Of a stretch of 64,000 nucleotides of DNA, positions 24,502-37,514 are shown one piece after another; the first letter of the stretch is position 1, and each line of letters begins with the position of its first letter. The DNA comes from Massalongia carnosa (taxonomy: Eukaryota): positions 2,418,001 to 2,482,000 of the forward strand of contig OZ287073.1 of the NCBI GenBank assembly GCA_965645245.1, in the 5' to 3' direction. A model generated the notes under the pieces. The model saw only the letters and a list, made by a program, of their open reading frames with translations, did no database searches and was not told the origin of the DNA. The position numbers were made by a program, and so were the translations under genes.

Positions 24502-27500
24502 CCAACCACCATGTGCAGAACAGGTCCATGGTTGGTAGTAGTGGTAAAACCTGGAGAGAGCGAAAGTATCGAGTGTTAGGATGGGACTTCCGGAAAGTGG
24601 TTCTTCCGTTCCATTTAACAGGCCCGGCCTGTTAAATCAAATAGCCCTAACTCCCTCAGCGACTAGTGCGGAAGTGGCAGCGATGGATCACTATATTCGC
24701 GCCTTTACACCGTCGCGTTCAATTGGCTCGGTCGGAATTTCCTCTCTAAGGTTCTCTCGAAAATTCGACATATATACAATCAATCAAAAAACAGAGTGTT
24801 CGGCAAGCGGAGTACGGTGAGAGTTGACACGGCGTATAAGCGGAAAGCGGTAAAAGTTCGACCAGTGAATTCTGACCAGTCGGATGGCACCATACCTGGT
24901 GGAATGGCAGATTGAAAAGCGAAGGCGCTAGAGAAAGAGAGAGGTCTACCAAAGTCAGAAAAGTTTCCTGATTGGCTGATTCCAAAGTTCTCGACAATAT
25001 TCAAAGGTTCACGATTGACACCGGAACGGCTGCAGCGAATGACAGTGGGCGACAGTATGACGTCTGCTGAGAAAGAAGTGTTGACCCAGATGTTATACAA
25101 CCGAGAAGCAGCGCTGTCATGGGAGTTTTCCGAGATGGGCAGAGTCAAACCTGAGGTGTCTCCACCATGTAAAATCAACACCATTCTACACGAGGCATGG
25201 CAGACCCCATCATTCCCATTGCCAAAGGCCCTGGTACCGATGGTGATAGAGATGCTGAAGGACCGACTGCAGCGAGGAACGTTGGAACCTTGTCATGGTC
25301 CCTATCGAAATCCATGGTTCATAGTGAAGAAGAAAGAGAAAAATAAGTACCGATTAATTAATGCGGCCCTAGACATGAACAAAGTGACCATCCGAGACGC
25401 AAATCTGCCACCTTCGGTAGACGAATTCTCAGAGGACTTTGCTGGCTGCCACATCGCTTCCTTGATCGACTTGTTTTCAGGATATGACCAAATGGAACTC
25501 GATGTTCATAGTCGAGACATGACCGCCTTCATGACACCAACAGGACTATTGCGAATGACATCTATACCAATGGGAGCTACCAATTCGGTTGCACAGTTCG
25601 TACGGGTAGTGACAAAGATACTGCAGGACCACATTCCGAATCGTGCTAAACCTTTCCTTGATGACATCGGAGTGAAGGGGCCGAAGACTGACTATGGTGG
25701 TGAAGAAGTGGCACCGGGCATCAGAAAGTACGTGCTTGAACATCTCACGTGGCTAGATGGGGTACTCGCGGACATAGAAAGGGCTGGATGCACTATCTCC
25801 GGAGAAAAGTCGCAATTTTGCATGGCCGGTCTGAAGATAGTAGGATTTGTGACCGATTCCGATGGTAGACATCCGGACACCGCTAAGGTCATCAAAATTC
25901 TAGAGTGGCCGATATGCACCGACGCTTCTTCCGCTCGTGCTTTTATAGGTGTGTGTGTGTACTATCGCATATGGATATTGGACTTTGCCATTGTTGCTGA
26001 ACCAATATATCGTCTGCTGAAGAAAGATGCTGCTTTTGTATGGGGCATGGAACAAACCGAGGCAATGGACTTGCTGAAGATAGCTCTGACATCTCCGCCA
26101 GCACTAAAGACCATTGACTATAGCGAGCTAGCTGGACTTATCGTATTGGCTGTGGATGCGAGTTTGAAAGGATGGGGCGCTGTACTGATGCAAATCTTTG
26201 ATGGCAAGCGTCACCCCATTCGGTACGAAAGCGGAGTATGGAGCGAGGTGGAACAGCGATATGATGCAACCAAGCGAGAGTGTCGAGGCGTTCTAAAGGC
26301 ATTGAAAAAGACAAGGCACTGGCTATATGGAGTTCACTTTGTGTTGGAGACAGACGCCAACGTCCTAGTGGCGCAATTGAATGGAGCTTGTACCGATTTG
26401 CCTGGTGCTCTGATAGTCCGATGGATAGCATGGATACGACTGTTTGACTTCGAGGTCAAACATGTTGCTGGCCGAAAACATACGGCAGCAGATGGACTGT
26501 CTAGACGACCTCATACTGAGGAAGAAATTCGGGCCGAACAGCAGGAGCAAGACATAGACGACTTCATAGATGCCGAACTGAATTCACTAAGGGCCTGTCC
26601 AATTTCCGTTAACTCCGCAGACGAGGTGCCAGACGAAAAAGTGCTAAAGGCCGGATATAGTGATAAGTCCGAGAGAATCGCTGCATTTCTAACATCACTA
26701 CAAAAGCCGGTTGGACTAAACCGCAAAGAGTTTAGGGCGTTTAAGAGCGAGGCCTTGCGCTATCGAGTACAAGATGGCCATCTTTACAGACGAAACAGCA
26801 AGAACGTACCTTCCAGGCGAGTGATAGACTCTGATGAGCGGAAGTTGGAAATATTGAAACAGCTACATGACGAAAGTGGACATAGAGGCAGAGAGGGCAC
26901 ATACAGACGCATAGCAGACAGGTACTGGGGGAACAATTGCACGATGATGTAAAAGGCTATGTTCGGTCCTGCGAGGAATGTCAGAAACGTGACCCCACTA
27001 GGCTCGAGGAAGCACTTCATCCGACATGGGTTACCTTCATGTGGCAGAAGGTTGGCTTAGACGTGGTACACATGCCAGCTTGTCGAGGCAAGCACTATAT
27101 TGTTATGGCCAGAGATGACTTTTCCGGATGGGTCGAGGGTAGAGCACTAGGAAAAGCTACCGTTCAGAATGTCGCGAGATTCTTGTGGGAAGATGTTATA
27201 TGCAGACATGGGTGCTTCGGAAAACTGATTGTTGATGGGGGACCAGAAAACAAAGATGCTGTTATCGAATTAGCAAATCGATATGGTATCAAAAGAGTAG
27301 TTGTTTCTGCCTATCATCCGCAAGCCAATGGCATGATAGAACGGGGACATCGGCCAGTTGTTCAAGCATTATCCAAAATGACAAATGGAGGCATGGGCAA
27401 ATGGGTTGATAATCTTCCTGCAGTACTATGGGCCGACCGGACAACAGTTCGTGCTAGCACCGGCAACACACCTTTCTATCTGAATAGTGGCAATGAGGCT

Positions 27501-28286
27501 GTTCTACCAATTGAACTGGAAATTCCAACATGGAGAATATTACCATGGAATGAAGTTCATACAACAGACGAATTGCTAGCTATGCGTGCGAGACAAATAC
27601 AGCGAAGGGATGAAGACATGGAAGAGCCAGCTTTATTCCTGCAAAGACAAAGAATGGAAGGCAAAGAGACCTTTGACACTCTGAACAATCTGAGATCAAT
27701 TGAACTCACCGAGGGTCAATTAATTCTTTTGCACGACACTAAATTAGACAATCAGCACACAGGTAAACTAACTTTCAGGTGGTTAGGACCATATAAAATT
27801 CAACAAACAATTGTTGATAAGGGAACTTACAAACTATGTGAACTAGACGGCACCCTATTAGCTGGAACCTTTGCAGGAAATCGACTGAAACCATTTCATG
27901 CTCGGCAAAATATTAACTTACCTCCGATAGAAGAACCTGAGCAACATAATAGTCAGGGGCCGACTATAAACCATGGGGGGGACGAGGACGACCGACAGTC
28001 CATGATTCCACCTGGCTGGCCAATGGCAGTAGTGATTCCTAGCAGACGTGCTGATGCGATGGAGACGGTGGAAAATGGACAATCCGACTACCTATATCGA
28101 ACGAATTTCCTTAGTAAAATGCATATTGTCAGCGGAGGAAGCACACGAACCTTCGGAATACTCTCATTTCACACTTACCAAAATTCACCGAAAACTTCAC
28201 CAACCTTAGTCGAAATTGCCATCTTCCGAATCCTCACCTCCATGTTTTACCTTTTCCATACTACCAGAACTCAGCAAATTATCTAG
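24502..28286 (+). pseudogene. pol: Gypsy-2 pol (RT-RNase H-IN), frameshifted
   Basis: ORFs 25015-26952 and 26937-28286; DLFSGYDQ, PMGATNS, FLDDIGVKG, VDAS, ADGLSR, GPY. Confidence 0.93.
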
Positions 28287-28435
28287 CTTTTACTACCTAC
28301 CTGATCAGCACATATACTATCTTCCTATCAGCAAACATCTCTGCTAAGCTCAACTTCTTATCTAAGCGAAAGTCAGCAAGCTACTCGATAACTTGGAACA
28401 ATTTATCTTACCTTACTTGCCTTACATCTTTTGGC

Positions 28436-28951
28436 ATGTCTTTCCAATTGGTCATTGTCCTAGGAAATGACCGCTTCCACCACATGACAGACGCACTAGC
28501 TTTTCTTGAGACATTGACCCCAGCAGACCGATACGAGGGACAGAGGACCATAGAATCGCAGCTAATAAAGTTCCAGCATATGCTAGGGGATAGCATAGTG
28601 GACTATTATGACTATGTCATACAGAATGATGCCTGGGCCTCGGTGATGAAAGAAGAAGAGTTCAAAGCTCAACGAGAAGATGTTATTGAGGAGGTGGATA
28701 TGGCCCAACTGTCACGGGCAGTTGGAGAATGGAGGAATCGGACACTAAAGGAGGCCATTATTATGTTTCAGCATGTGAAGAAAGCAGAGGAAGAGGACTT
28801 TGGGACTAGGTCATCTTTTCGGTTAAAGCGAGAGTCACATGGCAGGCCTATTCCTCACATCTCTGATGACATTGATACGACTCCGGGACCCGAGCTGGAT
28901 GAGGAGGAGTTAGTGTTTGCTGAGGCCGGAATGAAGCGAACGCTGGAGTAG
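28436..28951 (+). CDS. Accessory 171-aa ORF of unknown function between integrase and the 3' LTR of Gypsy-2
   Basis: ATG-initiated, uninterrupted, acidic; ends ~30 bp before the PPT. Confidence 0.55.
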   Translation: MSFQLVIVLGNDRFHHMTDALAFLETLTPADRYEGQRTIESQLIKFQHMLGDSIVDYYDYVIQNDAWASVMKEEEFKAQREDVIEEVDMAQLSRAVGEWRNRTLKEAIIMFQHVKKAEEEDFGTRSSFRLKRESHGRPIPHISDDIDTTPGPELDEEELVFAEAGMKRTLE

Positions 28952-29357
28952 GAACAGTGATAGGTGTCAGGGGTCGACACCTAAAGAGAGAGGGGAACTA
29001 TGTAGGGGGGTGGAGCGGTGATACACTAAATTCAAATTGCTAGCGGTTCGGGAGTTGGTTCTTTTCGGCTGATATTCGGTAAAGGTAACGGGGAAGTCAG
29101 GTGACAGTCTTTGTTTTAGTTTAGTTATAGATAGTTCTTTTCCTTTTAGAGCAAGCATGCTCGTAGCAATAGCTACAACACATAGCATCAACATATACAG
29201 TTCACAGGCACGAGGCATGAGGCAAGAGGCGCGAGGCTTACAGTGATCAGTCTAGCTATTGTTCTTATTCTATTGTTCTGTTCTTCTCTTGTTTGTTTGT
29301 TCTCTTGCACTCCTAGCAGTAGTGGACCACGCAAACCACCCAGTTCATCCTTCCACA

Positions 29358-31675
29358 GTGTAAGCACCCCATTTCAATTTTGAATAGATTTGAAGTCCTA
29401 TAATTCTGATTTCTGTTTTTAGTTTTATGATGTTATTTCCTATTTGAATAACAGTGAACATGATAAATTTCTTCGGATTTCTTGACAGATGTATCAGTTC
29501 GTATTTCTTCGGAGCGAAGACTGAACCATGTCGACTTGCCCATTTTCACATTTTTTGTGAATTACCTCTAGCGTCTTGCAATTTTCTTCGGTGCTTTTTC
29601 CGTATACTAGCACATTGATGTCATCTACGAAGCCTAGAGCACACGTGTTGCGGCCTGGTCTTCACATATGTCTGTATTGTAGAACAGATAAAGAATAGGA
29701 GAAATGGGGGAGCCTTGTGGGATTCCGGTTTATACATCGAATATGCCCGTGACTCGGCTGTGAATCGCCAGGGTAGTGCTTCTTTCATTCAGAAAACTGT
29801 TCACCCAGTCAGTGATCCATTTTGGGATTTTCCTTTTGCGAAGATTATGAATCAGTCTTCGATGTGTCACTGTGTCATAGGCTCCTGCTACATCCATGCT
29901 CAATAATGTGGCTACTTTGTTTATGCCTTGGCCCCACACTGTATGAATTTGTTCAGTCAACAATTCTAGTGCAGATTCGGTTGATCTTCCTCGTCTGGCG
30001 CCCATCTTGGTGTCGGGCAGGAGTCGGTGGGTTTCCGCTAGATGGGTTAATTTTTGTGACATGATAGATTCCATTACTTTTCCAAGCGTGTTTAGGAGTG
30101 CTATGGGTCGATAGTCGTTCGGGGCCGAATAGTCATCCTTGCCTGTTTTCTTGAGTGTGATTGTGTTAGCGGTTTTGAATGCACGAGGATGATATGCTTG
30201 TTCTACACATGCTTGAAACAGTAGGGTGAGTAATTCGACTAGCTTTTCCGAGCATGCCTTCACAATTCTATTGGCTATTCCGTCCGGACCCGGGGCCGTA
30301 TCGGGCTTGAGTCGGCGTATGGCTTCTATCACCTCTAGTTTGGTTATGATCATTGGATATTGTGGAGGGTGGGGTAAAATGAACCCTCTATGTCGCTGAG
30401 GTCGGCCGGAGGGGCGGTTGGAAAGAATTTCTGTTTTAGCATGTCCGATTTCTCCTCGAACGTCTCTGCTACTTGGTCGTCTCGAACGAGATTGGGCATT
30501 TTGGGAATTTCTCTTGTCTGGTCACTTTTGTCTTTCGCCCATTTGGCTAGTCCCCAGAGACAAGTAGGCGATTCGGTGGCTTTTTCTATTTCCTTGCGGA
30601 ACGACTGTCTTTTAGCCTTTTGAACGATTTTTTGTTTTCTGGGATTGGATTTTGTGTATGTTATCCAATCAGAAATGTCTCTGGAATTGGACCAGACACG
30701 TCTGAGCCTACGAGTTTCTTTCGTGATCACACTGCATTCATAATTCCAAAAGGGTTTGGCGTACTTACTGGGTCTAGCCCAAGGTACAGAGGTTTCTATC
30801 ACTTCTTGAAGAAAGTTTTGAATTGACACGGTGTAGGCATCGATTTCGGCGGGGGATCGGGGGGTCTTCGAGGGGGGCGCCCTCTTTTCCGCTTCTCTCA
30901 GTTTTCTCATGTTGGTCAGTTTCCAGGCCCTGCGATCTCTGATTGTTTGAACCTCACTGTTCAGCGCAATTCGGGTGGAGATCGGAATGTGATCGGACGA
31001 CTGATTGAGTTCCTGTCTTGACATGCAATGTTCTAGTCTATTCGTTAATTCTTCTGACATGAATACAAGATCGATTGTGCTAGAGGATTGTCTAGCCTCC
31101 TATGTAATGGTGCCTTTTGGAAGTGTTAGTGATAGATTTGCCTCTTCAATTATGTTCAATAATTGTTCCAACTCCGCATGTTGAGTAGGCCTCGACGAAT
31201 GATTCCACAATAGATGATGTAGGTTAAAGTCGCCCAGTAAAATGTGGTTTGTCTCTGCAATTAATTGGCGTTTCACTTTTGCTAGCGTGGACGGACTATC
31301 TATAGAAGAATATGAAATGGGAGAGGGATTATACACATTGTGGATGTGGATCACGTCTGATGTGGTTCCAATTTTCATTCGAATTTTTAGGGTGCACATG
31401 TCGGCCGACGGATACTCTACTTCCCAGCTATCAGGGTCAATAGTATCATTTATGTAGAAACATACTCTGGTGTCTCCATTTGGGCGATATAATAAATGAA
31501 ACCCACTTTGATGAGAGCTTAACGTGGTAGGAATAGATGGATTGCGCCAGGGTTCCTGAATTGCGATAATGTCATAGTCTTGAGTTTTCGGATCGGCTAA
31601 GAGTGGTAACATTGTACTCACTCTGTCATTTCTGACATTGTACTGCAATATGGAGAGAGATTTCGTGTCCCTCAT
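29358..31675 (-). pseudogene. LINE ORF2 (APE endonuclease + reverse transcriptase), broken and truncated
   Basis: ORF pieces 31100-31675, 30350-31060 and 29730-30353; RT motifs continue to ...LKWGAY at the LTR junction. Confidence 0.92.
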
Positions 31676-31736
31676 AGGACGTCCATTGATTCGGCCTGGG
31701 AGGTCGAGGGGTCGTTAGTGGTATTGTTTGCTCTGA

Positions 31737-34700
31737 TTATCGCCGGGCAGTAGATACAGCTCGGGGTCTGAGTGGCGGTCTACCTACAACTGGTTTTGCA
31801 AGGGCCTTTGTCATTTTTTGTGGATTCATGATGCCCGTGTCAGCCCAGGATGTTCCCGTTCGTGGGGGTTTCGGGGGGGTATCGGAGGGGGGTGCGGTTT
31901 TCTTCTTTTTGCTGTTTGTGCTGCCAAGGACCGGGTTGATGTTTTCGCTCTGGAATCTAAACGGGGCCGGTACGGGGGCGACTACTGGGTAGAATGGGAC
32001 CCGTTTTTGCATGGCCCTCTCTGCTACGCGTTTTTCGACTTTCCTGATTTCGCAGGATATTGACCAGGCTTCGTGTCCCTTTTCACTGCATGCAGCACAT
32101 CTTCGATATCTACCTGTTGTTTCCATGTTGCATTCGGTGCTAGGGTGAGCCCTAGCACAGTGACCGCAGGCAGTGGGGTTGGGACATGATCTTTATCAGC
32201 AGGTCCGGGTGCAGGCGTTCGTTAGCGGTCTGCAGGTACCCTATGGCCTGCGATTGGTTGGCGGTTTTGATGTGTTCCATCTTGACACTATTTACTCTGA
32301 CCGAGTTTGTCCGTGTCTTAATCGCCGCTGAGTCGGCTATTTTTCGGGTCCATTCCGACTTTTCTTGTAGAGTCTTTTTGACTTCTACGGGATTTCCCGG
32401 TGAAACGCCGAACCCGGTGAGAACGCCGAAATTTCTAAATTTCGGCACTTAGCTATTTTTTGCTACCATGCGACAACCACCACGATTGATACACTGAAGC
32501 TTTGGTAAAATGTACATAGAAGGTGTCCAATTTGATGTATAGAAAAAAAGTTCTATTCGCCAAAATGATTTGGCTTTTGCACCTCTCTCCCCCTAGATGT
32601 ACGAGAAATTATCATTTCCACTCCACCAACCACCTCGACATCATCACTTTGCTCCTGGGACTGCTTTCGACACTTTGGCACCTGCTTTGGCCCTGTAGAT
32701 GTCGATTTCAACCTCATCGATAATTTAGAAGGCTTAGTACTTGCGTTTTTCAATTCGTTTTGGGCCTGCTTTTCGACCGCTTTAGCCTGCCTACCCTCCT
32801 CGATCAATCGTTTTTTTTCTATAGCAACTAGGGCCCGTTCTTGCTTTTCTTTTTCCTTCAGCGACTTGTTAAAAACTAATTGTGCCCGTTTTTCAGCGAG
32901 ATCCTGTTGCCGTCGTGTCTTTTCGTCATCTTTTGAAGCCTGATAGACTCTGGCCGCTGCCACCCTACCCGGACTGAAAAATTGAGGCCCAGAATCTTCT
33001 TCACCTAACAAATTCAGGCGTTTACCACGGGTTCGTCGTTTCTTTTCCTCTTTAAGTGCCTCGCATAGGCCCCTAATTACGTGTTGATCAATAGAACGAT
33101 TAGCTGTGAGACGCTCATTTGCAGCAAATATCTTGGACAACAAAACTCTATTTGGCTCTTTTACGTAGGCTTTTTGTATGCGACGAACCGCCCGTCCGTC
33201 ATAAGTGTCTTGGGTGCTTGTGTGATGTTAGGTTCCTCCTCTGGTGAAGGCGATTTGGTGATTTTGTCTAGTAGGATGTTTGGATTGTACGGCCATATGC
33301 CTGTCTTCTCAAACCCAGAGATTATGTTCCTTTCATTGAAGGCCTTCTGCCAGGCAGGCCAAAAAACACCCCAGAAGACTCTTTTTGATATGTTCACTGT
33401 GCCCAATGAGTTAAACATCATATCATTGAGACCATTCGTATAATACCGGGCCAGGGGGGCAAACAATGAAACATCTAGGGGTTGCAACCAGTGCGTAGTA
33501 TGCGATGGTAGAATCATCAATAGAATTCGTAGTTCATCGCATTTATTGATGAATTTCATATTGACGTGGCTAGAATGACCATCCGCCACCAGCAACCGCC
33601 TTCTATGCCCCATATGCTTCGTACATCGTTCAAAAACACGCTCAAGCCAGTTCAGACCAAGCAGGTCATAACTCCATCCATTGGAGGAGACCGCGAAGAA
33701 AGCTTGCTGATCTACACTCCAATCTTCTAACCATGTATCCTGAAGTTTCTTTGAATCGCCTCTATAGATCAGCGCGGGTGGTAAAGCGGTACCGTTTGCG
33801 CATATGCAAGCCAGTAGACTAATGAATTCACAACTTCCATCTTGACTCGCATAGGTTATGCGCCCCGATTCTAGAGCTTCAAGAGTCATTTTTCGCTTTA
33901 CGGCAGAGGCCATGCCAATTAAAAAGCCCTTTTCGTCCCAATTATAGACGTTATCTGCTGTGATGTTATATTTTTCGATGCCCGCGATCAACTAGAAGAA
34001 ATGTTGACTATTAGACACAAATGCGACGCAATTAGGGGCAGTTATATTGTCAAAACTAAGGACCTGATCATAGAATTGCTTGAATGTAGGTGCATACTCA
34101 GACTTTATGCGTAGACTGTCCATGTTGCGTAAAATATAGACTTTTAAGTCTATCTTGATTTCGCTTAGTGAATTCTCCCGCCCAGTTCCTACCTACTGAC
34201 GACTTGATCATTTCTTCTGCCAAATTGCGCACAATTGTAGGGGTAGGAGGTATTCCTCTGTCGGTTAATCGATTGATTTGTGAGATTAGAGCCTCTTCTT
34301 GGACCGTTGTGAGGCGTTGCTTATGTGTGGATGAAGCCTCCCGTCGGGAGACCGATTGGCCTTTCCATCGCCGCCGAAGAGTACTTTCGACTAGGCCAAA
34401 TTTCTTAGCAGTTGCAAGTATATATGGTCGCTCTTGCGATTCTAAATTGGCAATTGCTTGGTCAATTGGCGTGGTGGTGGTAGTGTTATTCATGGTTGAA
34501 GAGGGTAAGGTGGTGCGGAGTAATTTTCTAAAATTCGGCGTTGTCACCGGGTTCGGCGTTTCACCGGGAAATCCCGTAGTGATTCAGTGTGAAGTTTGAG
34601 ATCTCCGCTGATGAGTCGCGATACTCCCCGAATCCCCTCCGTTTCTGCTTGTAGTGTCTCCACGAGATATTTTGTGGGCATGTTCTTTATTTTTTCCTTG

Positions 34701-35116
34701 TCGCTTGCGCTGGAAATGACTACGGTCATTGCCTGACGAACTTCTTGTGGTAAGGGTTCGGTTTGTTTTGAAGAAGTGATTGGCTTGGTGCGGCGGGGAA
34801 TCGGGGGGGCCTCGGAGGCTTGACCTCTGGTGGCGGCTGCGGAATAGCTGTTTGTGGTTGTTATGGCTGTCTTAGCACTTTCGATATGGGCTAGACTTCT
34901 TTGTATTTCAGTCAGGGTGTCGTGAATGGGCTTCGGTATGTTTTCGTTGTCGTTGTCGATGCTTCTCTGATTATCGAGAAATTTTTTCACCTCCTCTAGA
35001 ATCCCTGTTCCCTCCGGTTCCCCTCGGCCCATCAGATATTCATCTATCTTGTACAGCAATTGATCTCTCTGCTCCGCGTGCGCGATCACGAACGTGTTTT
35101 CGAGTTGAATATTCAT
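31737..35116 (-). pseudogene. LINE ORF1 (gag-like), split by a pogo/Fot1 transposon
   Basis: 34544-35116 joins the 32152-32387 frame after removing the insert (HTESL-EVKK); C-terminal CAACSEKGHEAWSISC. Confidence 0.85.
32388..34576 (-). mobile_element. pogo/Fot1-like DNA transposon (~2.2 kb) with frameshifted transposase
   Basis: TIRs CGGGATTTCCCGGTGAAACGCCGAACCCGGTGA; TA TSD at both ends; HTH 34098-34493; DDE_1 motifs (NWDEKGF, DGHSSH, LQPLDV) 33161-33991. Confidence 0.95.
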
Positions 35117-35350
35117 CGCGTCCTCCGTATCTCCGGCTTCTGTTCAAATCATGATGAGACGGCGTCGCAAATGAGTTGTAAATAGGTGATAAAACTGGTG
35201 AAATTGGAAAAAATATAATGTATTCCCGGTTGATAAATGAGCAGTTAGGATATGCAGTTGATATCTATCTATGGTATGAATAATGACAGCTAACGGTCGT
35301 AGGTTGCGGTCGAGAAGTGTTGCAAAAAGCTGCAAAATAGGTGGTAAAAT

Positions 35351-35468
35351 GAGTGAATTTAGACAAATCCTGGAATTGAAACTACGCAGACCGCTTGCCT
35401 ACGCAGACCGCTTTCCCCGACTAGAGGTGGTACACCTTGTATGGAGGCGGCTAAGCGAGGCCGACGAT
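35351..35468 (-). repeat. Right arm of the ~118-bp inverted repeat, directly upstream of LINE ORF1
   Basis: Reverse complement of 21597-21714; followed by TA (35469-35470). Confidence 0.9.
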
Positions 35469-37028
35469 TAGGATTCGGAGACCTTAAGTAGTCGAGGAAA
35501 ACCAAGATAAATTGTCAGATGGCTCGATTATGTTATCGCCGAGTAAAGCCGTAATCGATATCATAGAAGTGCTGATGATATTTATATTAAACATTGATAA
35601 TGGAATAAATGAGAAACACGTGTACCTATCAAAATCAAGTCCCATCCCCTCAGCGTCAAAGCAGTAGCTTTGCCAAGTTTGACGTAAACTTTCTCAGGTC
35701 AATCTAATCTGTCCCTGAGAATGTTAATATAGCGCTGTTAAGGACCGGAATTACTATACAAAAATTTTATTCACAAGGATGATTAACTTCTTGATTTTGC
35801 CAACCTTGGTGGCAACAAATATATCTGACAAGTTCGTCGATACAGCTTCGGCATCAATGATGCACATCGTATAGTCAACTGAATCAGTAATTGACGGTAA
35901 GGCGGGAGTATTAGATGCATTGATGAAAGAAAAGCTGAATCGCCTTGTCTGGAAAGACATTTCCATATTATTGTCGACAAGATGATTTATGTGAACTTAT
36001 GAATCCCATTTCTTTCTACCTGATCTACTAAGATCAAATGTATTACATCGCACTACCATTATTAGCCACGGGAACCTGATGTAGTTTGTGTGCATAGCCT
36101 ATACATGAGCTGGCCCATGAGGGTTGCCTTTCCAACGTCAGTTCTTCCTATCACTTTAATTGTCTTGATTGGCTTTGCAGGGCGCTGGCTTGTGCTCGAC
36201 ACAATTGATAGATATAAGACAAACCTTCAACTGCGAATAGAGATGAAAATCGGACGGAAATCAAGTCGAGGTGCAGATAGTGTAATAAGGAAGGAGAAGA
36301 TCACTGAAGATTGAAGCAACACTGCCCCCAGAGCAACGTATTCACATGACTTTCAAATCACAATGACCTATCTTTGAAGAGAAAAATCAAGGAGTGACCT
36401 TTATCTTAGTTGTAGTGCTAGAAGAGTGTGATTCCCATCGGCAAACTTAAGAGAGGGAGAGCAATTGTGTATTTGATTCGTCTGTGAAAGTATCAGGTCT
36501 CTTGAGATTTCCACCGGAGAAATTGAGGGCGATTCAGTGTCAATTCGTGCTCGAAGAGACCCTAGAACTCGAGAGTATGAAGTGATAAATAAAACAGATA
36601 CCCTGTCCTTGATTGAATGAGTCTTTCATAACCTGAGGTAAATATTCACACACACATCCTTTGCTTCATTGCAGAACTAACTCTTGCTACTCCGTACTCT
36701 ATAGAAGCCTTTTCGCTGTATTCGCGTCAAGTACTTTCCACGCCTTTGAGTATCTAGCGCTTCATTTGCGACTTGTACATGAACAGTTGACGGCATAATG
36801 TTGAAATTACTACGGAGGTGACTGCTTGCAGGGCTGAGCTAGAACTCATAGGGCTATGCGATTATTCCAACATAAACTCTTTGCGATTTGGTTCATGATC
36901 TCCATCCGAGGTGGTGTGTGTTTGAGTATCGAGTACAGAGTAAAGAAAACGGAGAAGTAGCAATATTCTTGAGATGGCGTACATGCGGAATTACTATTAA
37001 GGTCTCAGTTAGTCATCGGGATCATAAC

Positions 37029-37514
37029 TATTGAGAGCGGCTTTGAGCAGGCTTTGTTCAATCAGAGTCTTGACTAGGAATATATACGAGAGCTCCTTCA
37101 TATTGGAGAGAGAATTGATAACCTTGGTGCATGATACGAATATTTGGAAGGGAGTGGCCAAGCAGTAAGCGATATGTAGCTCGGATACGGTGATCTATTA
37201 ACCGAACCACAACATTCTAAGAAACTTAGCAATTGAGAGAATTGGGGAAAATCCTTTCAATGCAAGCAATCATCACCTCAATTCCAAGTGTCAATTCCAA
37301 GTGTCTATCTAAAACGTAAATCATTCTCTAATCACCAAGAGCTTAGATCAATAAATCAAGTTCAATAATAGTTTATTTGTTTACTATCTGCAGAGATTTT
37401 ACCTGAACTCCTAAAATGTAAGCTAGCCTAATTGGGTAATCGCTGTCACCAACCTGACCACAGGCTAACACAGGCTAACATTAACACTTTAATGTACAGG
37501 ACATCCATTCAACA
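37029..37514. mobile_element. Nested Copia LTR remnants
   Basis: Copia-3-type solo LTR 37101-37486 (TSD CTTCA/CTTTA) containing a truncated inverted Copia-2-type LTR ~37153-37367; outer TATTGAG...TTCAACA piece with a PBS-like motif at ~37017-37028. Confidence 0.75.

Larger units (their letters stand above)
21715..29357 (+). mobile_element. Ty3/Gypsy element without chromodomain (Gypsy-2), decayed, with an extra 3' ORF
   Basis: LTRs 21715-22073 and 29001-29357; tRNA-type PBS TGGCGACC; PPT AAAGAGAGAGGGG; PR LLDSGAE, RT FLDD, IN HPQANG; no TSD. Confidence 0.95.
29358..35350 (-). mobile_element. Tad1-like non-LTR retrotransposon (LINE); 3' end lost at the Gypsy-2 LTR
   Basis: ORF1 with Cys-His knuckles; ORF2 with APE endonuclease (LQYNV, IAIQEPW, GDFNLHH, SDHIP) and RT (APGPDGI, YRPIALLN, FVDD). 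Confidence 0.95.

Noticed and set aside
35480..37020. Possible degenerate host gene or Copia internal region
   Set aside because: Only short ORFs with no motif I can recognise
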